Assembly: GCA_963798085.1 (NCBI GenBank)
Contig: CAWCRS010000008.1
Coordinates: 32,001-96,000, forward strand
DNA: 64,000 bases
Source of the DNA: an uncultured Gemmatimonadales bacterium
Lineage (GTDB): Bacteria; Gemmatimonadota; Gemmatimonadetes; Longimicrobiales; RSA9
Reading direction: 5' to 3'
The position numbers and the translations under genes were made by a program. The notes under the pieces are model-generated. The model made no database searches. It worked only from the letters and a program-made list of their open reading frames with translations, and was not told the DNA's origin. This document shows, in pieces, positions 39,288 to 49,696 of this stretch (the stretch's first letter is position 1; every line of letters starts with the position of its first letter).

Positions 39288-39430
39288 GAAAGCAAACACC
39301 AAACCCTCCCAGCTCCCTGTTCATTCGCACAGCATGGTCCCCAGTCTAGACCCCCTCGCCCACCCAAGCCAGCAATCCCGCCAAAGGAACGGCGCCCATC
39401 CCCCCGCGCACGCCCATCCGGCCCCCCGAT

Positions 39431-39473
39431 CCTCTCCCTTCTCTCCGACAACCTCTGTGTGAAAACATCCGTT
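39431..39473 (-). repeat. Degenerate single copy of the TCACACAG(T/A)GG repeat family
   Basis: Reverse complement AACGGATGTTTTCACACAGAGG resembles AACGACATCATTCTCACACAGTGG at ~49709. Confidence 0.4.
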
Positions 39474-39706
39474 CGCCTGGAACCACCCCCGCGCCAGAGT
39501 AGCCGCACCGGAACACCCCCGCGTCAGAGGAACCGCCCACACAGCCGAGGTCCCCGGCGCTGCCCCCGACACCCTCCGCAGCCCCACCGGAAGCCTCAAC
39601 ACCAGACCCACTCAGCCCTCGCCCCGGCCCGCTCGCACCGCCCCAGCGTACTGCGCAGTCCAGCGCGATTGCCTCGTCGCAGGCCACCCGATTACGCTCA
39701 ACCCGA

Positions 39707-40795
39707 ATGACGCGTCATCGCGTGCTCCACTCGATACCGCTCCGGCTGCGGCCGCTGCTCCTCACATGGACCGCGGTCGCGGTCTTCTTTGCACTGCAGA
39801 ACGCGATCGGGGGAATCGCGCGCGGCCGCGGCATCGACTGGCAGTGGGATGTGATTCACGAGCTGATCTACTGGGGCCTCTGGGGTCTCGCGACACCCCT
39901 GATCGCGCGCCAGGCCGCCAGGTACTGGCTCGAGCCGGGGAGCGGCATCGGGCCCTGGCTCGCGCACGCGCTGTCCGCCGCGCTGCTCTCGCCCGCGCAG
40001 GTGTTCTGCACGTACGTACTCACGGGACTCGTGCGCGCCGCGACTACGCCACTGACACTGCGTGATGTGCCCGCGTGGGTCGCGGGGCTGCGCATGCCGG
40101 CAGCGATCATCGCCATCACCGGTTTCATCTACTACTGGATGATCCTCGCCGCGCTCTACGCGGTGGCGTATCGCTGGCTCTACCAGGCGCAGCGCCGCCA
40201 GACGGCGCGCGCGCAGCTGGACGCGTTGCGCGCGCAGCTGCACCCGCATTTCCTGTTCAATGCACTCAATTCGATTTCCGTGCTGACCGAGGAAGACCCG
40301 GCGCGCGCCAATCGCATGCTCATCCGTCTGAGCGACCTGCTGCGTACCGTGCTGCGCCGCAACGATGATCACGAGGTGCCGCTCGAGGAGGAGCTGGCGT
40401 TCCTGCGCAGTTATCTCGAGATCCAGCGGCTGCGGTTCGAGGAGCGCCTGACTGTGAACATTGATGTAGACGACGAGGCTCGTACCGCCTTCGTGCCCGT
40501 GATGGTGCTGCAGCCGCTCGTCGAGAATGCCGTGCGCTACGCGGTGGAGCCGCAGCGCGAAGGCGGGCGGGTGAGTGTGCGTGCCCGTCGTGTCGCGGAG
40601 CAGCTGCTTCTCGAGGTGTGCGACGATGGCCCGGGTCTGGGTTCGGAGCGCGAACACCACAGCGGCATTGGCCTGGCCAACACGCGCGCACGGCTCGAGG
40701 GGCTGTATGGCGCCGCGCAGGAGCTGCGGCTCGAGGCCGCCAAGGGTGGCGGCCTGGCGGTGCGCATCCGCATTCCCTGGCGCACGAAGGCGTGA
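39707..40795 (+). CDS. LytS/YehU-family sensor histidine kinase
   Basis: Four TM helices; LRAQLHPHFLFNALNSI, LQPLVENA, DDGPG, GIGLAN. Confidence 0.93.
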   Translation: MTRHRVLHSIPLRLRPLLLTWTAVAVFFALQNAIGGIARGRGIDWQWDVIHELIYWGLWGLATPLIARQAARYWLEPGSGIGPWLAHALSAALLSPAQVFCTYVLTGLVRAATTPLTLRDVPAWVAGLRMPAAIIAITGFIYYWMILAALYAVAYRWLYQAQRRQTARAQLDALRAQLHPHFLFNALNSISVLTEEDPARANRMLIRLSDLLRTVLRRNDDHEVPLEEELAFLRSYLEIQRLRFEERLTVNIDVDDEARTAFVPVMVLQPLVENAVRYAVEPQREGGRVSVRARRVAEQLLLEVCDDGPGLGSEREHHSGIGLANTRARLEGLYGAAQELRLEAAKGGGLAVRIRIPWRTKA

Positions 40796-40798
40796 GCG

Positions 40799-41578
40799 AT
40801 GCGCGTGCTCATTGTCGATGACGAGCGGCTGGCCAGGGCCGGCATCCGGCAGCACCTGCGGCGCATGCCCGATGTACAGGTGGTCGCGGAATGTGCGAGT
40901 GGCGACGAAGCCGTGCGCGCCATCGACGAGCATCATCCGGACCTGGTGTTCCTCGACGTGCAGATGCCAGGGCTGGATGGCTTCCAGGTCATCGAGCGCG
41001 TGGGCGTGGATCGCATGCCGGCCGTGATCTTCGTCACCGCGTGGGATGACTATGCCGTGCGCGCCTTCGAAGCCGATGCGGTGGACTACCTGCTGAAGCC
41101 ATTCGATGACGAGCGTTTTCGCGATGCCTTCGCGCGCGCATCGCGGCGCATCGAGCTGGAGCAGTCGGGCCGGCTGTCGGCCCGGCTGGAGTCGCTGCTG
41201 GAGCGACTCGAGCGCCCCCTCATTGCCGACACCAGTCACAACGCCGACCGCATTCCCGTGACGCGTGGCGGTCGCATCGTGTTCCTCTCGCCTGCGGACA
41301 TCGAATGGATCGAGGCCGCCGGCAACTATGCCCGCCTGCATGTGCGCAATGAGACGCACCTTGTGCGCAACAGCCTGGAAACCATGGAGCGGCGACTGGC
41401 GCCGCGTTTCCTGCGCGTGCGCCGCTCCGCGCTCGTGAACCGCGAAGCCATCGAATCGGTCGAGCCGTACGCGAAGGGCAGCTGGCTGCTCCGCCTGCGC
41501 GCCGGCGCGGCCGTGCGCACCAGTCGCCACTACCGTGCGAATATCGCGCCACTGCTGGGCGGCCGCGGTTCCGCCTGA
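40799..41578 (+). CDS. LytR/AlgR-family response regulator, cognate to the kinase
   Basis: IVDDE, FLDVQMP, DYLLKPF, LytTR domain; starts 3 nt after the kinase stop. Confidence 0.94.
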   Translation: MRVLIVDDERLARAGIRQHLRRMPDVQVVAECASGDEAVRAIDEHHPDLVFLDVQMPGLDGFQVIERVGVDRMPAVIFVTAWDDYAVRAFEADAVDYLLKPFDDERFRDAFARASRRIELEQSGRLSARLESLLERLERPLIADTSHNADRIPVTRGGRIVFLSPADIEWIEAAGNYARLHVRNETHLVRNSLETMERRLAPRFLRVRRSALVNREAIESVEPYAKGSWLLRLRAGAAVRTSRHYRANIAPLLGGRGSA

Positions 41579-41699
41579 GCGCGGTTGCACGAGCAGAGGA
41601 ACGTCCCGGCCTCGCACCGGCACCACTCGCACCGCGCGCATTTGCCGCTACCGGACCCGACTGTTAGGCTGCGCCGTCCAATAACGAACGGAGGGTGCA

Positions 41700-42185
41700 A
41701 TGCGACGTGTCGCACACATTCTGCCCGCGGCCCTGGCCACACTGCTCCTTGCCGGCGTCCATCCGGCCAGCGCCCAGAGCGCCGCGGATTCCGCTGCCAT
41801 TCGCGCGACTGCGCTCGATTACATCGAGGGCTTCTTCACCGGTGATGCCACCCGCATGGAGCACGCGCTGCATCCGCACCTGGCCAAGCGGCAGGTCATG
41901 ACGAGCCCGCAGGGCTGGAGCAATCTGGGCGACATGACCGCACTGGACCTGATCCAGGCCACGGCGAGGGGCGGCGGCAAGAACATTCCCGCGAACCAGA
42001 AGAAGACCGACGTCACCATCCTCGACATCTTCCAGAACATTGCCATGGCGAAGATCGATGCCGGCGTATGGATGGACTATCTGCAGCTCGTGAAGTGGAA
42101 CGGGAAGTGGGTGATCATGAACGTGGTGTGGGATCCGCGCGCTCGCGGCGATGGCCCGGCGCCAGCCGGCCGCGAGCAGCCGTAG
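41700..42185 (+). CDS. Secreted NTF2-like (lumazine-binding-2 type) protein
   Basis: RBS GGAGGG, signal peptide, AIRATALDYIEG, LHPHLAKR, DYLQLVKWNGKWVIMNVVW. Confidence 0.85.
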   Translation: MRRVAHILPAALATLLLAGVHPASAQSAADSAAIRATALDYIEGFFTGDATRMEHALHPHLAKRQVMTSPQGWSNLGDMTALDLIQATARGGGKNIPANQKKTDVTILDIFQNIAMAKIDAGVWMDYLQLVKWNGKWVIMNVVWDPRARGDGPAPAGREQP

Positions 42186-42405
42186 TCGAGCCTCCCCGCA
42201 GTCGTATCGTCGAACAGCGGCCGGACGCGAGCGGGGCGGTCGAACCGGATCCCCCGCCCGCGCCGCCGCCGCGCACGCTGCGTTACATTGCTGCATGGCG
42301 ACGCGTTTCACCACGGCGGTTGCCGACACGACCGCCGAGCCCCAAGTTGCGTTGTTCTGGCCATGAGCATGGGCGACGGTACGGAGATACCTCAAATAGA
42401 CAGGC

Positions 42406-44289
42406 ATGACCGCTGACGGGGACCCGGCGCGACCGCCGGTTCCGGTCGCGCCTTCGCTGACTTACGAGCTTCACAACATCGCGCCGGCGCAACGGCAGCC
42501 GCTCGAAGACCTCGGACGGCTGGTCCGCATGTCGCTGTTCGCGGTCGGCGTTGCGTTCCTCGCCGGCATTGCCGCGCAGCTCCTCATCGCGTTGATCGGC
42601 TTCATCACCAACCTGGCGTTCTACGGCCGGTTCTCCTTCGAATTCGTTTCGCCCGCCAACAACCATCTGGGACTCGGCGTGCTCGTCGTGCCGGTGATCG
42701 GCGGGCTGATTGTCGGCGCCATGGCCAGGTTCGGCTCCACCGCGATCCGCGGGCACGGCATCCCCGAAGCCATGGAGCAGGTGCTCATCAACGAGAGCCG
42801 CATCCCGGCAAGGGTCAGCATTCTCAAGCCGGTGAGCGCGGCCATTTCGATCGGCACGGGTGGGCCCTTTGGAGCGGAGGGCCCGATCATCGCGACCGGC
42901 GGTGCGCTCGGCTCGCTCTGTGGTCAGCTGCTGCGCACTACCGCGGACGAACGCAAGGTGCTGCTCGCCGCAGGCGCGGCCGCGGGCATGACCGCCACGT
43001 TCGGCAGTCCGGTGGCGGCGGTACTGCTGGCGGTCGAGCTGCTGCTGTTCGAGTACCGCGCTCGCTCGCTCATTCCGGTTTCGCTCGCGTCCGCCACAGC
43101 GACGGGCGTGCGCATCGCGTTCCAGGGTTCCGCGCCCGTCTTCCCCATGCCGTCCGTGCCCGCACCCGGCGGCGAAGCGCTTGTCGCCTACATTCTGCTG
43201 GGCGCGCTCAGCGGCCTGGTCGCCGCCGGCATAACACGCTCGTTATACGGCGTCGAAGACCTGTTCGAGCGCTCGCGCATTCACTGGATGTGGTGGCCCG
43301 CACTGGGCGCGCTGGCCGTGGGTCTCATCGGCTGGTTCTCGCCACACACGCTGGGCGTGGGCTACGACAACATCCAGGACGTGCTGGGCGGCACCATCGT
43401 GATTCACACGCTGATTGCGCTTGTCGTGCTGAAATTCGTGTCCTGGGCCATCGCGCTGGGCAGCGGCACCTCGGGCGGGACACTCGCGCCCATATTCACC
43501 ATCGGCGGCGGCTTCGGCGCCATCATCGGTACGATCGTGGCGCGCATCGATCCTTCGCTCGGCATCGACCCGCACGTGGCCGCGCTCGTGGGCATGGCTG
43601 CCGTTTTCGCCGGTGCATCGCATGCGCTGCTCGCGTCCGTGGTGTTTGCATTCGAGACCACACGCCAGGCCATGAGTCTGCTGCCGCTGCTGGGCGGCTG
43701 CAGCGCGGCCTACCTGGTGGCGCTCGGCATCACGCGCACTTCCATCATGACCGAACGCCTCGCGCGCCGAGGCCACGTGGTCAGCCCGGATTACGCCATG
43801 GACACACTCGCGCTGGTTACGGCGACCGCACTGATGACCCCGAAGCCGGTGACCCTGCGTGCCAGTGATTTCGTCGAGGATGTGCGCGACGGCATGGCCT
43901 CCGGCAAGCCGGAATTCCAGCACCAGGGCTATCCGGTGACCAATGACGATGGCCGCCTCGTCGGTGTTGTCACGCGCCGCGACCTGCTGCAGCTGGATCT
44001 CTCGTACACGGCCACGGTCGGCGACCTGATCAAGCGGCCGCCCGTCGTCGTCTTCGCTGATGCCAGCGGCCGCGAAGCCGCCGATCACATGGTGCGCGAA
44101 GGCGTGGGTCGTCTGCCTGTCGTTGGCCGTGAGGATCCATCCCGCGTGCTGGGCCTGCTCACACGTACGGACCTTCTTTCCGCCGACGAAAACCGGCTCG
44201 AAGCCCTCGACCGCTCCGAACGCTCCCTCGATTTCCGCCTGCGCATGATCCGCCAGACCGCCACCGGCCATTCGGAAACACCGCCCTGA
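42406..44289 (+). CDS. ClC chloride channel/antiporter with tandem CBS domains
   Basis: GHGIPE, GAEGP, GGTLAP motifs; C-terminal CBS pair. Confidence 0.93.
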   Translation: MTADGDPARPPVPVAPSLTYELHNIAPAQRQPLEDLGRLVRMSLFAVGVAFLAGIAAQLLIALIGFITNLAFYGRFSFEFVSPANNHLGLGVLVVPVIGGLIVGAMARFGSTAIRGHGIPEAMEQVLINESRIPARVSILKPVSAAISIGTGGPFGAEGPIIATGGALGSLCGQLLRTTADERKVLLAAGAAAGMTATFGSPVAAVLLAVELLLFEYRARSLIPVSLASATATGVRIAFQGSAPVFPMPSVPAPGGEALVAYILLGALSGLVAAGITRSLYGVEDLFERSRIHWMWWPALGALAVGLIGWFSPHTLGVGYDNIQDVLGGTIVIHTLIALVVLKFVSWAIALGSGTSGGTLAPIFTIGGGFGAIIGTIVARIDPSLGIDPHVAALVGMAAVFAGASHALLASVVFAFETTRQAMSLLPLLGGCSAAYLVALGITRTSIMTERLARRGHVVSPDYAMDTLALVTATALMTPKPVTLRASDFVEDVRDGMASGKPEFQHQGYPVTNDDGRLVGVVTRRDLLQLDLSYTATVGDLIKRPPVVVFADASGREAADHMVREGVGRLPVVGREDPSRVLGLLTRTDLLSADENRLEALDRSERSLDFRLRMIRQTATGHSETPP

Positions 44290-44377
44290 ACAGAAACGGC
44301 GTAGCCGGGGCTGGTTGCCCGGGAACTTCCTGACAGATTGTTAGAACGCCCCGACGCTCCCATTTCCAGCCCCAGCA

Positions 44378-44400
44378 CGAGCCCGAGCCCGAGCCCGAGC
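44378..44400. repeat. Hexamer tandem repeat (CGAGCC)x~4
   Basis: cgagcc cgagcc cgagcc cgagc, preceded by degenerate ccagcc/ccagca. Confidence 0.85.
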
Positions 44401-45365
44401 TACTGGTACAGTATGAAGAGTGGCGGCGGTTTGAGCGCCAGCACTTCCGCGGGGGTCATGAGCGGGCGGTCCTGCTGGTAGAACAGCTTGAAGCCCGTGT
44501 ACTGCACCGGCCTGCCGCCCACGACCGCGCGGTAGGCGCCGCGCTTGAGCCCGGGCGGGCCGAAGCCGTCCATGTCGATCACCACCTGCACGCGCGGGTC
44601 GAGCCGGATGCTGTCGCTGCCTGTCAGCATCTTCTCGGTGAAGCGGTGCACGACCAGGATGCGCGGCGGCAGGTCATAACGCTGCATTACACGGATCAGC
44701 GTATCAATGGCGACGTTCACTTCGCGGGCATCGAGGGAGCCGATCACGCAGCCCGGCACGGTGGTGCTGTCCATGGCGAATTCCGGATCGAGCGCCAGGT
44801 GCACCCACGGCCGGCTCAGGTACTTCGTCAGCGAGCCGACTTCCTCGGCCACAGTGCTGCGGCCCACCTGCACGTCGAGGAACAGCAGTTCATCGTGCTG
44901 CTCTGCCCAGTCCGAGATACGCTCAATGAGTGTGTCGGGCGCGCGCAGCCGGTACTTCGCGCTCGCGCCCGGGATACTCTGCGCCACAATGGTTACGAGG
45001 TGCAGTGCGGGCAGAACCGGCAGCGTGCTGTCGGCCAGCGCCCACGCACGAACCTGCCCGTCGAGGTGGTGCTGCATGGAATCGAGCGGCAGCGCTCCCA
45101 GGATGCCCATGCGCGCGGAGGAGGGATTGCCGTAATAGGCGACAATGCGATGCGCGGGCAGCAGCGCCGCTTTCGCGTGCTTCGGCTGCTGCAGCGGCAC
45201 GGCAGGCAGTGGCAGTGGCGGCCTCACGAGCGCACCGCCCTTGTGCAGCATGGTTGCTCGTCCGGCGAACACCAGTGTGAGGAGCGCGACGCTCAATGCC
45301 GTTCGCTGCGCAGCGCGCGCACCCGGCCATTTTCCCGCGCGATTCAGCCAACGCGGCCCTTCCAT
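44400..45365 (-). CDS. Conserved exported hypothetical protein (possible TIM-barrel)
   Basis: Hydrophobic N-terminus; RIVAYYG, LDVQVG, HLALDPEF, VHRF, DMDGFG, GFKLFY motifs. Confidence 0.75.
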   Translation of the reverse strand: MEGPRWLNRAGKWPGARAAQRTALSVALLTLVFAGRATMLHKGGALVRPPLPLPAVPLQQPKHAKAALLPAHRIVAYYGNPSSARMGILGALPLDSMQHHLDGQVRAWALADSTLPVLPALHLVTIVAQSIPGASAKYRLRAPDTLIERISDWAEQHDELLFLDVQVGRSTVAEEVGSLTKYLSRPWVHLALDPEFAMDSTTVPGCVIGSLDAREVNVAIDTLIRVMQRYDLPPRILVVHRFTEKMLTGSDSIRLDPRVQVVIDMDGFGPPGLKRGAYRAVVGGRPVQYTGFKLFYQQDRPLMTPAEVLALKPPPLFILYQ

Positions 45366-45614
45366 GATGCACCTGCTTCCTGCAAGCTGCCCGTGTTACC
45401 TTACACCAGAGAGCGCAAGACGAATCCGGGACTTTTCGTCCGGCGAAGCGGCCACTCTGTCCACCAGAGGCAAGTATCGGCCACTCGCCTTTCCAGCATG
45501 GCAAGAAGCACGCGCGGTCGTTACGCGTCGCCCGCGCGGACTGGTCCGGCTCGTGCATTGCCGGGTGCACGGAGCGCTGTCGCAGCACGGAATTCCCGGC
45601 TCCAGGAGGAGATC

Positions 45615-45917
45615 ATGGCTGAGGAGTGGACCAACACGGCGGGTGGTGACACACAGACCGGGACGAAGCAGAGTCGCGCGGAAACCCATCGCGTGACCGG
45701 CGACCGCGTGATCGGCAAGGTCAAGGAGCTGATCCACGAGGGCAACGTCCGGCGCATCGCCATCAAGAATGACGAAGGCCGCACGCTCATCGAGGTGCCG
45801 CTTACGGTCGGCGTTGTGGGCGCAGTGCTCGTGCCCGTGTGGGCGGCGATCGGTGCTATTGCCGCGCTGGTTGCGAACTGCTCGATCGAGGTCGAGCGGG
45901 AAGCGCCGGAGGCTTGA
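45615..45917 (+). CDS. DUF4342-like small protein
   Basis: RBS AGGAGG; KVKELIHEGNVRRI..K......EVPLTVG...AALVANCSIEVER. Confidence 0.88.
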   Translation: MAEEWTNTAGGDTQTGTKQSRAETHRVTGDRVIGKVKELIHEGNVRRIAIKNDEGRTLIEVPLTVGVVGAVLVPVWAAIGAIAALVANCSIEVEREAPEA

Positions 45918-46362
45918 CGCAGATCGGGCAGGGTCCCAGTTGCGGGTCCTTGCCGAAGCGGACCGTGACGGGGCCGAGTGCGACGACGCTCTTCTGAACC
46001 GTGTCGTTCACAGCCACCGTCACGGTTGCCGTCGCGCCCTGTACGACGCCCGCGATCTGCGCGGGCAGCGGTGGGCCGATGGCGACGGGATAGGCGTGCA
46101 GCACGTAGCTGCCGGTGACGGCGAAGCGGCCGTTCTCGTCCAGTTCGATCGGGCCCGGGAAATTGCCGTAGGTGCAGCCGATGTGCACGTGTGCCAGCGT
46201 GTCGTCCACGATCATGCCGGCATTCTCGCCGCCCCAGGTACCCACCGAGAGCCGATCCGAAGAAGGCGGCAGGATGTCGTTCTTCGCGCAGGTCGCGAGC
46301 AGCGCACAGCCGATTACGCCTGACACGCGACGCAGCACGCGGACCATCGATTGGTTCTCCAT
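45856..46362 (-). CDS. Hypothetical lipoprotein
   Basis: MENQSMVRV...LLATC; GTWGG, C..G....I.LD..GRF...G; C-terminal CPIC. Confidence 0.65.
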   Translation of the reverse strand: MENQSMVRVLRRVSGVIGCALLATCAKNDILPPSSDRLSVGTWGGENAGMIVDDTLAHVHIGCTYGNFPGPIELDENGRFAVTGSYVLHAYPVAIGPPLPAQIAGVVQGATATVTVAVNDTVQKSVVALGPVTVRFGKDPQLGPCPICVKPPALPARPRSSSSQPARQ

Positions 46363-46554
46363 CCTCGCTCGCCTCCGTTGTCTCCCTGCATCAGAACGCT
46401 CACCGGGCTCTACTCCTAACGCACCCCGGCGGGACCCCGGTTTGTGCCACCCGCGCGAAAGCCGCATAATCCAGCCGTGTCTGCTTCGGGGTGCGCCCGC
46501 ACGATCCCTCGTGGCACGCGGTGGCACCCGTTTCCATTCCGCCGAGGAGGCCGT

Positions 46555-48465
46555 GTGCGCACCGCCGTTTCCCGAGCCCTGCTGTTCGCTCTGTTCGCCG
46601 CCCTGCCCGTGCGTGGCGCACACGCCCAGACCGTGGCGGATACATCGCGCTTCCGCGCGCTGAATCTGTTTCCCTCGCCTGGTCCGTTCCGCACCGGGTC
46701 GGGCCGGCCGGGCAGCGCGTACTGGCAGCAGCGTGTGGATTACCGCATCGATGCCACGCTGGATCCGCAGAAGAATACACTGACCGGTCGCGAAACCATT
46801 CGTTATCACAACAATTCGCCCGACACGCTGCACTATCTGTGGCTGTACCTCGAGCAGAATATCTGCGCGCCCGAATCCATCACCAACACGCTGAACCAGC
46901 CGCCGCTCGTCTTCCAGGACGCGGTCTTCGACTTCTCCTGCAAGGGTTTCAAGGGTGGCGTCACCCTGACTTCGCTGCAGAGCAATGACGCCAACGTGCC
47001 GCGCGAGATCTACGGCACCACCATGAAGCTGCTGCTGCCGCGCGCATTGCCGCCGGCGGGCGAGTTGACCCTCAATGTCGCCTGGAGCTTTGCCGTGCCC
47101 GAGTACGGCGCCGGCCGCATGGGCCGCGATGGCCCGCTCTACGAAATCGCCCAGTGGTATCCCCGCCTGGCTGTGTACGATGACGTCACCGGCTGGAACC
47201 ACGAGCCCTACATTGGCTCGGGCGAATTCTATCTCGAGTATGGCAGCTTCAATGTCGCGTTGACCGTGCCCGCCAGCTATATCGTCGCCGCTACCGGCAC
47301 CCTGCAGAATCCGGAACAGGTGCTGACCGCCACCCAGCGCGAGCGCCTCACCCGCGCACGCCAGTCGGAAACGCCCGTCGCCATCATTGGCGCCGATGAA
47401 GTCGGCAAGCCGTCAACCCGCCCGACTTCCAGCGGTACGCTGACATGGCGCTTCCACGCGGACAGTGTGCGTGATGTCGCGTTCGCGGCAACGCCCACTG
47501 CACGCTGGGATGCGGTGGGCTACGACGGCATCCTCATCGAAACCGTGTATCGCCCCAGCGCGGACAAATGGCCCGAGGCCATTCGCATGGCGAGGCAGGT
47601 GATCAAGCATTACAGCGAGCAGTGGTTCCACTATCCATACTCGCACGCCACCACGGTCGAAGGGCCGATCGAAGGCATGGAGTATCCCATGCTCACGTTC
47701 GTGCCCAATGGCCCGTCGCGCGAGGAAACCTACTGGACCCTGGCACACGAATTCGGTCACGAGTGGTTTCCCATGATCGTCGGTTCCAATGAACGGCTCT
47801 ATCCGTGGATGGACGAAGGCTTCAACACCTTCATCGACATTCAGGTCACGCAGGAGTACTTCGCAGGCCAGGCATTCGGTGACACGGTCGCGAACATCCC
47901 GCTGCACCTCTACGCTGCGCACGCCGTGCCGGGCGAAGAACAGGCACTGATGACGAAGCCGGTCGAGTCCCACGACCTGTTCTGGACCGGTTATCGCAAA
48001 CCATCCCTGATGCTGCACCTGCTGCGCTACGAAGTGCTGGGGCGGGATCGCTTCGACGCAGCGTTCCGCGACTACATCCGAACCTGGGCGTTCCGCCATC
48101 CCACACCGGCGGACTTCATGCGCCTGATGCGCGATGCCTCGGGCATGGAACTGGACTGGTTCTGGCGAGGCTGGCTCTTCACCACGGCACGGCTGGATCA
48201 GGCGGTGGATTCCATTGCGCCGCGACAGGGCGGCGGCAGCAACGTCTTCCTCTCCAACCGCGCCACCATGGTGATGCCGGCCGAGTTGAAGCTCAACTTC
48301 GCCGATGGCAGCACGCAGACCGTGCGTCTGCCCGTCGAAATGTGGAACCTGGGACCGAACTTCCTGTACCGCGTGCCCGGCACCCGGGAGGTGACAGCGG
48401 CCGAGCTGGATCCGCGTCACGTCTATCCGGACATCGATCGCGGCAACAATGCGCGGCGGCGATGA
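46555..48465 (+). CDS. M1-family zinc aminopeptidase, secreted
   Basis: RBS GAGGAGG then GTG; YWQQRVDY, GMEYP, HEFGH...WMDEG (HExxH-x18-E). Confidence 0.93.
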   Translation: MRTAVSRALLFALFAALPVRGAHAQTVADTSRFRALNLFPSPGPFRTGSGRPGSAYWQQRVDYRIDATLDPQKNTLTGRETIRYHNNSPDTLHYLWLYLEQNICAPESITNTLNQPPLVFQDAVFDFSCKGFKGGVTLTSLQSNDANVPREIYGTTMKLLLPRALPPAGELTLNVAWSFAVPEYGAGRMGRDGPLYEIAQWYPRLAVYDDVTGWNHEPYIGSGEFYLEYGSFNVALTVPASYIVAATGTLQNPEQVLTATQRERLTRARQSETPVAIIGADEVGKPSTRPTSSGTLTWRFHADSVRDVAFAATPTARWDAVGYDGILIETVYRPSADKWPEAIRMARQVIKHYSEQWFHYPYSHATTVEGPIEGMEYPMLTFVPNGPSREETYWTLAHEFGHEWFPMIVGSNERLYPWMDEGFNTFIDIQVTQEYFAGQAFGDTVANIPLHLYAAHAVPGEEQALMTKPVESHDLFWTGYRKPSLMLHLLRYEVLGRDRFDAAFRDYIRTWAFRHPTPADFMRLMRDASGMELDWFWRGWLFTTARLDQAVDSIAPRQGGGSNVFLSNRATMVMPAELKLNFADGSTQTVRLPVEMWNLGPNFLYRVPGTREVTAAELDPRHVYPDIDRGNNARRR

Positions 48466-48577
48466 TGCGAGGCTGTGGTCGTGCCGGGATCAGGCGACGA
48501 CGGGTCGTCTCCGTTACGCTCACGACGCAAACACCGCGTTGACGGATTTTTTCAGGGATTGCACGCAGGCGAGGCGT

Positions 48578-49600
48578 TCAGTGCACGGGGTGAATATTGA
48601 GCACCTCACCCGATTCTTCGAGAAGCACCGAGGTGTGGCCGCGGTAGGCTTCGCTGGGTGAGCGCAGCCACCACTTGCGGATGATCCATGCACCCGTGTC
48701 GAGGCGCTGGAAATCCGCGTGGCCGGTATAGTCGCCCGCCAGCATGTTGCGGGGAATGTTGCGATACGAGAACTCGAGTGTCTGCAGCTCCGCCGTACGT
48801 TCGTCCAGCCAGAGCACGCCCTCGATATCCGTGAGCCTGCGCCCGGGAATCGGGCGGAAGCTCAGACCAATGAGGCCGGGGTGCTGCGTCTCGCGGGTCA
48901 GCGCGAAGCAGTGCGTCGCCTGGAAGCCGCTGGACAGCAGCACGTTCGTGCTGGGCCCGTACACCCAGAAGTCGCCATTCTCGCGGCGCACATAGCCCTC
49001 GCGCGCCAGATCCTCGGGCGGCAGGGTGCTGAAGGGTGCATTGTCGACCTGTGCCGCGAGGCGCGTCTGTTCGTCCAGCACGCGTTTGCCGTGATCGCCG
49101 AGCAGACGGTGCACCTTGCGCACGTCGAAGCGGAACACCGCCTGCGCCCGCGTGATCGATTCCGCGTTCAACGCTTTCTGCGCTTCTTCCCAGACGACGT
49201 GCGTCGCGCGCGCCGCATCGTCGCGCACCGAACAGCGCTTTGCCGAGTTGATGTCCAGTGCATCCAGCCGGATGGGTTCGAAGGGCAGCGACAGCGTCAG
49301 GAACGGCGCATCATCCGCCACCGTGAACGCCTCCGACTGGACGCCTTTCCTGCCGATCATCTCGGCCAGCAGCCGATACCGGCCGCGCACCACATCCGTG
49401 AATCCGAACAACCCGTCAGGATTCGAGAGCACCGCCCGCTGCCGCGTCCCCTCCGCATCCAGCAGCGTGACCACCGCCCCGACCATGGGCGCGCCGTCCG
49501 TCGCATCCGTGACTTTCCCGCGCACCGTCTGGGCTGACACGAGCACGGAAGTGCTCAGGAGAAGCGACAGAGCGAGGCAGGCGCTGCGGGGTGAGCACAT
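48578..49600 (-). CDS. Carboxypeptidase-regulatory-like domain exported protein
   Basis: Signal peptide; QTVRGKVTD...GAVVTL...G.F...GRYRL.AE.IG; C-terminal G.LWLD...EL..LEF.Y. Confidence 0.8.
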   Translation of the reverse strand: MCSPRSACLALSLLLSTSVLVSAQTVRGKVTDATDGAPMVGAVVTLLDAEGTRQRAVLSNPDGLFGFTDVVRGRYRLLAEMIGRKGVQSEAFTVADDAPFLTLSLPFEPIRLDALDINSAKRCSVRDDAARATHVVWEEAQKALNAESITRAQAVFRFDVRKVHRLLGDHGKRVLDEQTRLAAQVDNAPFSTLPPEDLAREGYVRRENGDFWVYGPSTNVLLSSGFQATHCFALTRETQHPGLIGLSFRPIPGRRLTDIEGVLWLDERTAELQTLEFSYRNIPRNMLAGDYTGHADFQRLDTGAWIIRKWWLRSPSEAYRGHTSVLLEESGEVLNIHPVH

Positions 49601-49696
49601 TGGCGTCCGGGGTCCGGGTGGTGAGGGCTGCTCCCAGTCTAAGGCCTGGCCTCCACGCGCTGCAACCCTCGCGGACAGGCTCACCGCCGAGATCAG

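Noticed and set aside
42290..42400. Possible fluoride riboswitch upstream of the ClC gene
   Set aside because: GGCGAC...TCACC does not match the GGYGAUGR...UCRCC core, the downstream GCURAUGAC element is missing, and the ClC lacks CLC-F motifs.
45856..47202. 448-aa ORF as a single gene
   Set aside because: Only the part from ATG 46362 looks like a protein; the rest is antisense to the M1 peptidase.
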